Source of the DNA: Promethearchaeati archaeon
Lineage (GTDB): Archaea > Asgardarchaeota > Heimdallarchaeia > JABLTI01
NCBI GenBank assembly: GCA_013166835.1
Contig: JABLTI010000088.1
Location: forward strand, 1-11,142
Direction: 5' to 3'
DNA: 11,142 nucleotides
The position numbers were made by a program, and so were the translations under genes. Positions 1 to 5,063 of the stretch are shown here, piece after piece. A model generated the notes under the pieces. It worked only from the letters and a program-made list of their open reading frames with translations, had not been told where the DNA came from and made no database searches. Each line of letters starts with the position of its first letter. The first letter of the stretch is position 1.

Positions 1-33
1 TATAATGATTTGTTTATTTCAAGAGATAGTAAA

Positions 34-1032
34 ATGGCGATAACAGATTTTCTTGGTGAATTAGCAGCTATTGGTGGAGCAGTCTGTTTTGGATTAGGAA
101 ATGTAATCATAAAATCTCAAGGTAGTAAAATTAAACCAATGGCAGTTAACGCAATTAGATTATCCTTTACAGCTATTTTTTATCTGATACTATTACTATC
201 AATGGGAGCATTACGTACAGCATTTTCTCTTGATTACAAAACAGGATTGCTGCTCTTCGGTGGTTCTACTCTTGGAATTATTATAGGAGATGTTGTTTTC
301 TACTATAGTCAGCAGCTAATAGGATTATCTCGAGCATACCCAATTGCAGTAAGTTACCCTTTACTAACATATCTAATTGGAATTATTTTAGGTTATGAAT
401 TCTATGATCTTTTCAGAATCCAAGGTGTAATGTTGGTTGTTTTGGGAGTATATCTAATATCTAGTTCTACTGAAAGTGAAATCGATAAGTATATCCGAAC
501 TAATGAGAATTCTTCAGTAACTTGCCACAATGTGATAGAACAAGAACATATAGATGAAACTAATTCATCATCAAGTGATCAAGTTAAGAAGAAAAAACGA
601 AACGTCATTTTAGGAATTATTGGTGCTGCTACGACTGCTGTTTGTTGGACCATTGGAACCATTATGCTTGATAGAGCTTTAACAATAGATATACCTGGTA
701 TTAATGCCAATGCATACAGAATGATTTGCATAGCTCCTTTGACACTAATCGTTTTCTTTGTAGGAAATCGAGGTAAACAGAAAAGTAAATTCACAAAGAA
801 AGGAGTAATTCTAATTTTATTAGCGGGTATAATTGGAAATACAGCAGGAAGTTTACTCTATTTATTTTCTCTCTCTTTTACAGAAGCTTCTACTACTGCA
901 GCAATTACTGCCGCATCACCATTGATTGCTTCACCACTTTCAATCTTACTATTAAAAGAAAAAATGTCATTAGTACTTGTTATGGGAACTCTACTAACGA
1001 TTTCAGGTATATGGTTAATAATTCTGTTTTAA
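34..1032 (+). CDS. EamA/DMT-family (drug/metabolite) transporter, ~10 TM
   Basis: Two 5-TM repeats with EamA-type motifs (IGLSRAYPIAVSYPLLTYLIGIILGYE; SPLIASPLSILLLKEKMS...GTLLTISGIWLI). ORF track starts at TTG 10; ATG at 34 (MAITDFLGE) is the more likely start. Confidence 0.9.
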   Translation: MAITDFLGELAAIGGAVCFGLGNVIIKSQGSKIKPMAVNAIRLSFTAIFYLILLLSMGALRTAFSLDYKTGLLLFGGSTLGIIIGDVVFYYSQQLIGLSRAYPIAVSYPLLTYLIGIILGYEFYDLFRIQGVMLVVLGVYLISSSTESEIDKYIRTNENSSVTCHNVIEQEHIDETNSSSSDQVKKKKRNVILGIIGAATTAVCWTIGTIMLDRALTIDIPGINANAYRMICIAPLTLIVFFVGNRGKQKSKFTKKGVILILLAGIIGNTAGSLLYLFSLSFTEASTTAAITAASPLIASPLSILLLKEKMSLVLVMGTLLTISGIWLIILF

Positions 1033-1202
1033 CCTTCTTTTGGATCTGCAACTAAGAAATTCATTCGTGTATATGAGCCACAAATAGAACAATTGTATTC
1101 TGAGAGAATTACAATCCCCGCTTCTGTATGATAGACTATCTTTACAGATTTACTTCCACAGAGAGGACATTTTTCTGTAACTTTGATGGAACCTTTGCTC
1201 AT
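1029..1202 (-). CDS. Small zinc-ribbon protein (57 aa, CPLCG...CSICG), ZPR1-finger-like; absent from ORF track
   Basis: Manual translation: MSKGSIKVTEKCPLCGSKSVKIVYHTEAGIVILSEYNCSICGSYTRMNFLVADPKEG*. Two CxxCG knuckles; GAGGAG (1215-1220) 12 nt upstream; stop interlocks with the EamA stop in TTAA 1029-1032. Confidence 0.8.
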   Translation of the reverse strand: MSKGSIKVTEKCPLCGSKSVKIVYHTEAGIVILSEYNCSICGSYTRMNFLVADPKEG

Positions 1203-1276
1203 CGATATATTGAACTCCTCTTATCATTGAATGTATTGTTTCTCTCTCTACCACACGTTATTTAAAAAATCCATGG

Positions 1277-1294
1277 TTTATAAACTTTATAAGC
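1277..1294. promoter_or_regulatory. Tandem TATA-like boxes in the divergent Zn-ribbon/YbjN intergenic region
   Basis: TTTATAAA-C-TTTATAAG; reads as an archaeal TATA box on either strand. Confidence 0.45.
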
Positions 1295-1444
1295 TTACCA
1301 AAAGTTCCAATTCAATGTCATAATAAAATACCTTAGATTTATACTTTTCGACAAAAAGATTGCGGGTAATTTTTACTTATTTAGAAAGGTTTTTTTGTGA
1401 TACAGTTTCTAAAGGAGTAAAGACGAACGGAGTTAAGAAATAAA

Positions 1445-1894
1445 ATGACCGATGTTCTAGAATACGTTGAAAAAGTGAAAGGTTGGTTAGATGAGCTAAA
1501 TTTGAACTATTTTGTTTCGCAAAGTGGAACTGAGATTATGCTACCATATAAAATTGATGAACGAACCTTTAATGTTAGAATTGTTGTTGCACCTGAATGG
1601 ATGCAATTATTCTGCCAGATTATGGCTGCAAATGAAGTCCCCCAAGAGCTTGTGAGCACTATTCATGCAAACCTTTTGTTAGCAAATTTCAATCTAAATG
1701 AAGTAACATATTCAATTGATCCTGAAGGTAATATTTATTCCGAAAATGATATGCCGGTAGAATCTGATCTTGTAACTTTTAAATCAGAATTAGGGGCAGT
1801 AGTTTTTGGTTACCAATACTTCTTTGAGCAGTTAGCACCAAAAATCGGTGGAGCTGTTGAAAAGATGTCCAAGGAAAAATTAGGAATAACATAG
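1445..1894 (+). CDS. YbjN-domain (type III secretion chaperone-like fold) protein
   Basis: 149 aa acidic protein with a YbjN-type pattern (WLDELNLNY...IMLPY...LLLANFNLNEVTYSIDPEGNIY); GGAG at ~1429-1432 upstream. Confidence 0.7.
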   Translation: MTDVLEYVEKVKGWLDELNLNYFVSQSGTEIMLPYKIDERTFNVRIVVAPEWMQLFCQIMAANEVPQELVSTIHANLLLANFNLNEVTYSIDPEGNIYSENDMPVESDLVTFKSELGAVVFGYQYFFEQLAPKIGGAVEKMSKEKLGIT

Positions 1895-1917
1895 GAATTC
1901 TTTACTGTATTTCCTAT
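1891..1917. terminator. Inverted repeat spanning both stop codons of convergent genes (possible bidirectional terminator)
   Basis: ATAGGAA (1891-1897) / TTCCTAT (1911-1917), followed by T-rich sequence on the + strand. Confidence 0.35.
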
Positions 1918-2903
1918 TTTATTTTCTCTATTTTCGCACCGATTCTATTTATTTTTGAGGATAGAATTAAATTGAATTCATTTTTAGGAAAAACATCTTT
2001 TACTTCTTTGATTATTTTCTTTGCTTTTTCATCCGTATCTGTTAAGGCAAAAATTGTTGGTCCAAAGGAGCTTAATCCTGATCCATAAATAGCTTGGTTT
2101 TTTCTTGTAAAATTCAGTAAATCGTGTACAATTCCTTTTTTGTAGCGATTCATCCCAAATTGTTTAAAATTGGTTTGCATTTCAGTGAGTCCTTCACCGA
2201 AAGCATGAATGTCTTTCTCAACAATCGCAGGGAGGATTTTTATCAAAATTAATCTGGATAGTTTTTCTACTTCTGCAGCAGGTATAGGGCAATTATCACT
2301 GAACAAATCGATTTCTTCTTTGTCAAATGCTCCTTGTTCAATTTTTGGAGTCAATAAAACGAACTGCCAGTTATTTGGAGGATTATGTCTAAAAATAACA
2401 GGAGGGGGTGGTGCAGCTGAAATACTTGATGGTTTAAAGGATTCTGTCTGTTTACCGGATCCAAAAGTGTGTCCCCCATCAAGGATTATACCACCTTCAG
2501 CAAAAGCAGCAACACCGATACCACTTGTTCCACCTCTTTTAACAGCATTAGCGATATCTACAACTGTAGTTTTAATTTTATGGATTTTCGCTAATATTAT
2601 TCCAACAGCCAGAGAAAATTGAGTATTAGAGCCTAATCCAACATGCTGTGGAATTTTCTTTAAAATTTCAAAATCAATATCATTAGAAGTTGTACTGAAA
2701 TATTCATCGAATCTATTGATGACAGTAATCATAGGGAGGGAAAGAGAAATTTTATTATCACTTTTCTCAGTAATCCACCCTTTTATCTCCCATCCTGGTT
2801 GTTCTAAGGCAACCCCTAAACCACCATTTATTCGACCTAATTGACCATTTAGATCAATTAAACCGAAATGTAATCGACAAGGGGTTTTCACTTGAATTTC
2901 CAA
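1914..2903 (-). CDS. mptG: Beta-ribofuranosylaminobenzene 5'-phosphate (RFAP) synthase, GHMP-kinase superfamily; methanopterin biosynthesis
   Basis: N-terminal TPCRLHFGLIDLNGQLGRINGGLGVAL, GHMP motif IPQHVGLGSNTQ, RGGTSGIG...GGIILDGGH, GLSSFGPT. Likely start TTG at 2903 with GGTG SD at 2911-2914 (ORF track extends to 2936). Confidence 0.9.
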   Translation of the reverse strand: MEIQVKTPCRLHFGLIDLNGQLGRINGGLGVALEQPGWEIKGWITEKSDNKISLSLPMITVINRFDEYFSTTSNDIDFEILKKIPQHVGLGSNTQFSLAVGIILAKIHKIKTTVVDIANAVKRGGTSGIGVAAFAEGGIILDGGHTFGSGKQTESFKPSSISAAPPPPVIFRHNPPNNWQFVLLTPKIEQGAFDKEEIDLFSDNCPIPAAEVEKLSRLILIKILPAIVEKDIHAFGEGLTEMQTNFKQFGMNRYKKGIVHDLLNFTRKNQAIYGSGLSSFGPTIFALTDTDEKAKKIIKEVKDVFPKNEFNLILSSKINRIGAKIEKIK

Positions 2904-3085
2904 ATAGACACACCAAACAAATTGTAGCAAGCACATAATATTTCTTGTTAGATATAAAAATAATTACTGTAATTTAGAAAATCAGCTAGTTAATCCCCTG
3001 TAAGATGTAAACATGACGATTGTGAAAGATTTTTTTAGTACTTATTATACTCGTTCTTTATCGAAATATGTTATTGGTGAAAAAA

Positions 3086-3727
3086 ATGGCAGAAGACAAA
3101 ATAATTTATCATGTTGCCAAGGAAAAATTAATTCCTATCAAAGAACCTACCTTTAATACTGGAGATTCTTATGTTATCGACTTGGGAAAAACCATCTGGA
3201 TTTGGATTGGAAAAGGATCACAAGTTGACGAAAAATTCATTGCAGCGAAATCAGCACAAGAATTAGACATGAAGCGAAGAGGAATACCAAAAGTTGATTC
3301 AGTCTTCGAAGGAGAAGAAGAACCTGAATTACTAAAAGCTTTAGGACCTGATTTCAAAGTTGTAGAAGGTGATACACCTTCTTTGCTCATTCATGTAGAT
3401 ACGAGATTTAAACCGCAATTCCGAATGATAAGAGTTCAACAAGTGGGCAATGATATTGACTATGAAAAAGTGAAATTCTCTAGAGATTCCTTAGATTCAA
3501 ATGATGTCTTTGTTGTAGCAGGCTTGATGGGCGAAGAAGCCATGATGATTTACACTTGGATTGGTAACAAAGCTCGACCAAAAGAAAAGTTCTTTGGAGC
3601 AATTAAATCAGATTTAATCGACAAAGAATTTAGAGAAGCACCTCAAACCATTACTATCAATGAAGGCGAAGAAACAGGCGGATTTAATTTCGTCTTTAAG
3701 GCCTATAAAGATTTTATTAATAAATGA
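3086..3727 (+). CDS. Two-domain gelsolin/villin-family actin regulator (Asgard 2DGel-like)
   Basis: Two gelsolin repeats: FNTGDSYVIDLGKTIWIWIGKGSQVDEK...VFEGEEEPELLKALG and LDSNDVFVV...IYTWIGNKARPKEK...INEGEETGGF. GGTGA SD at 3076-3080 favours ATG 3086 over 3068. Confidence 0.9.
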   Translation: MAEDKIIYHVAKEKLIPIKEPTFNTGDSYVIDLGKTIWIWIGKGSQVDEKFIAAKSAQELDMKRRGIPKVDSVFEGEEEPELLKALGPDFKVVEGDTPSLLIHVDTRFKPQFRMIRVQQVGNDIDYEKVKFSRDSLDSNDVFVVAGLMGEEAMMIYTWIGNKARPKEKFFGAIKSDLIDKEFREAPQTITINEGEETGGFNFVFKAYKDFINK

Positions 3728-3761
3728 AAAGAGTAACATCTTTTTCATTCTTTTTTCTTTT
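3723..3761 (+). terminator. Hairpin plus oligo-T terminator of the gelsolin gene
   Basis: AATGAAAAGA / TCTTTTTCATT imperfect stem overlapping the stop, then CTTTTTTCTTTT. Confidence 0.6.
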
Positions 3762-3773
3762 AAATGGGTATAG

Positions 3774-3983
3774 TACTCTGAAAGTATCTTTCAATTATTT
3801 GAACAAATAGAATTCCTTGATGATTTAGAATATGGTTCTATTACCTTAGTGGGTTCTGGTTTAGGCCTAGGATTTTATACTACAATTATTTGTGGAGGAT
3901 TAATTGCCGCAACAGCTGGAACTTTGTTAGGATTAAAGCTTTATAGCGCATTTTCTAAGAAGAAAATTAAACAAGAAGAATGA
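3774..3983 (+). pseudogene. Start-less or frameshifted small membrane-protein reading frame (TM helix plus basic tail)
   Basis: Frame reads YSESIFQLFEQIEFLDDLEYGSITLVGSGLGLGFYTTIICGGLIAATAGTLLGLKLYSAFSKKKIKQEE*, bounded upstream by TAG 3771-3773. No in-frame ATG (GTG at 3849 possible). Followed by its own terminator. Confidence 0.55.
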
Positions 3984-3990
3984 AATTTCT

Positions 3991-4025
3991 ATAGCAAAAT
4001 TATTGCTATCTTTTTTCTTTTTTTT
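3991..4025 (+). terminator. Hairpin plus oligo-T terminator
   Basis: ATAGCAA-AATTA-TTGCTAT (3991-4009) then TTTTTTCTTTTTTTT (4011-4025). Confidence 0.6.
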
Positions 4026-4101
4026 AACGAAAACAAATTAATTTGAAAATATTGATTTTCTGTGAATAAAAAAAATAAACTGAAAAGAGGAAAAAATTAA
4101 A

Positions 4102-4677
4102 TCAGAATTCTTCCTCTAATGCACCTACTTCCTTGAGTATTTCATAAGTTTTCCTTGTGGATTCACTAACGAATTCTTCTTTTTTAGCACCAGTGCAAAC
4201 AAAAGCACCACTCTGGAATAATAAGAGAACTGTTTTTGGTTCTCTGATTCGATATATTAAACCTGGAAATTGTTCTGGTTCATACATGCTACCTTCAAGC
4301 ATAATTGAAGCAAGTTCTAGATTTATAATGGCATTGATGTTCCCAGATGCTACAATATTTTGAACAGTAACTTGTGGTTTCCCAGTAATCTTAGCTCCAG
4401 CAGCTTTGAGAACTTTTACAATTTCATCTGCAGCTACATGAAGCATTTCTGCACTTTTCGCTCCTGTAATAACCATTTTACCGGAAGCAAAAATAAGAGA
4501 ACTTACTTTTGGTTTTGGGATTTTTAAGACAAGTCCTGGAAATTTCTCTGGTTCGTAAGATACAAAGTATTCTGGTTTTTCACCTAGTCGATCAGCAAGT
4601 GCATATAAGTCAATTCTAGAAGTTTCTACGCTTCCTGATGCTACACAGTTTTGGATCTCATAATCTATTTTAACCAT
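4102..4677 (-). CDS. tbp: TATA-box-binding protein (archaeal TBP)
   Basis: Two TBP repeats: IQNCVASG...YEPEKFPGLV...LIFASGKMVITGAKS and VQNIVASG...YEPEQFPGLIYR...LLFQSGAFVCTGAK; short acidic tail LEEEF; GGAG SD at 4687-4690. Confidence 0.97.
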   Translation of the reverse strand: MVKIDYEIQNCVASGSVETSRIDLYALADRLGEKPEYFVSYEPEKFPGLVLKIPKPKVSSLIFASGKMVITGAKSAEMLHVAADEIVKVLKAAGAKITGKPQVTVQNIVASGNINAIINLELASIMLEGSMYEPEQFPGLIYRIREPKTVLLLFQSGAFVCTGAKKEEFVSESTRKTYEILKEVGALEEEF

Positions 4678-4716
4678 TGGTCTAATCTCCTGATTAAGGG
4701 ACTAAAGATTGATTCA

Positions 4717-4790
4717 TTTATAAGCTAGATGTCCTTTATAAAGGGTTATTTATAAATGAACCCTTATTAATGGTTTATAAAGGGTTTTAT
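4717..4790. promoter_or_regulatory. Cluster of TATA boxes with direct and inverted repeats upstream of tbp
   Basis: TTTATAAG 4717-4724, TTTATAAA at 4735, 4749 and 4774, TTATTAA 4764-4770; 13-bp direct repeat TTTATAAAGGGTT (4735-4747, 4774-4786); AAGGGTT/AACCCTT inverted repeat (4741-4747, 4759-4765). Confidence 0.7.
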
Positions 4791-4842
4791 GTGGTATTTT
4801 TAGGCTGACAAAAACAACGAAAATAGTTTTTCAGTTCCTTTT

Positions 4843-4858
4843 GGAAATCCTTATAAAT
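4843..4858 (+). promoter_or_regulatory. Candidate BRE/TATA promoter for the ileS leader transcript
   Basis: Purine-rich GGAAAT followed by CCTTATAAAT; standard archaeal spacing predicts a TSS near 4878-4882. Confidence 0.55.
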
Positions 4859-4906
4859 TTCACTTTCTTCAGTTAGAATGATGATATTATATGCACAGGT
4901 GACAAA

Positions 4907-4939
4907 ATGAGGGGTCATGAAATTATATCCCGGACATAA
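4907..4939 (+). CDS. Candidate ileS leader peptide MRGHEIISRT
   Basis: Strong SD AGGTGA (4897-4902) 4 nt before ATG; tandem Ile codons ATT ATA; lies upstream of ileS. Confidence 0.3.
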   Translation: MRGHEIISRT

Positions 4940-4974
4940 ACTCTTATTCTGGAAATCACCTAGTGTAGACTATA

Positions 4975-4994
4975 ATCACTTCTCGACTAATTTT
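4975..4994. repeat. 20-nt dispersed repeat, copy 1
   Basis: ATCACTTCTCGACTAATTTT; 19/20 identical to 10775-10794. Confidence 0.75.
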
Positions 4995-5063
4995 AGGAGT
5001 CTAAATTTAAAATGAGGAATCACTTTATTAGAAACTAAAAATAATGATAGGAAACAAGAGCTC

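Noticed and set aside
579-794. 71-aa minus-strand ORF
   Set aside because: Antisense shadow inside the EamA gene; no motif.
2209-2622. 137-aa plus-strand ORF
   Set aside because: Antisense shadow of the RFAP synthase gene.
3169-3390. 73-aa minus-strand ORF
   Set aside because: Antisense shadow of the gelsolin gene; Ser/Phe-rich mirror composition.
3771-3773. TAG read-through (pyrrolysine) extending the 3774-3983 frame
   Set aside because: The upstream in-frame sequence is the gelsolin terminator T-tract and has no start codon.
4157-4363. 68-aa plus-strand ORF
   Set aside because: Antisense shadow of tbp.
4717-4790. Mini-CRISPR array or replication-origin ORB repeats
   Set aside because: Repeats are too short and irregularly spaced for CRISPR, there is no ORB consensus, and no cas or cdc6 gene is nearby.
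4878-4934. Possible C/D-box sRNA (perfect C box ATGATGA at 4878-4884)
   Set aside because: No CTGA D box at a suitable distance; only degenerate GTGA and CGGA candidates.
4878-5063. Complete canonical T-box riboswitch
   Set aside because: No TGGNACC T-box bulge, no AGUA loop-E strand and no terminator before ileS; only the specifier-like GAA-AUC-A is kept as a finding.
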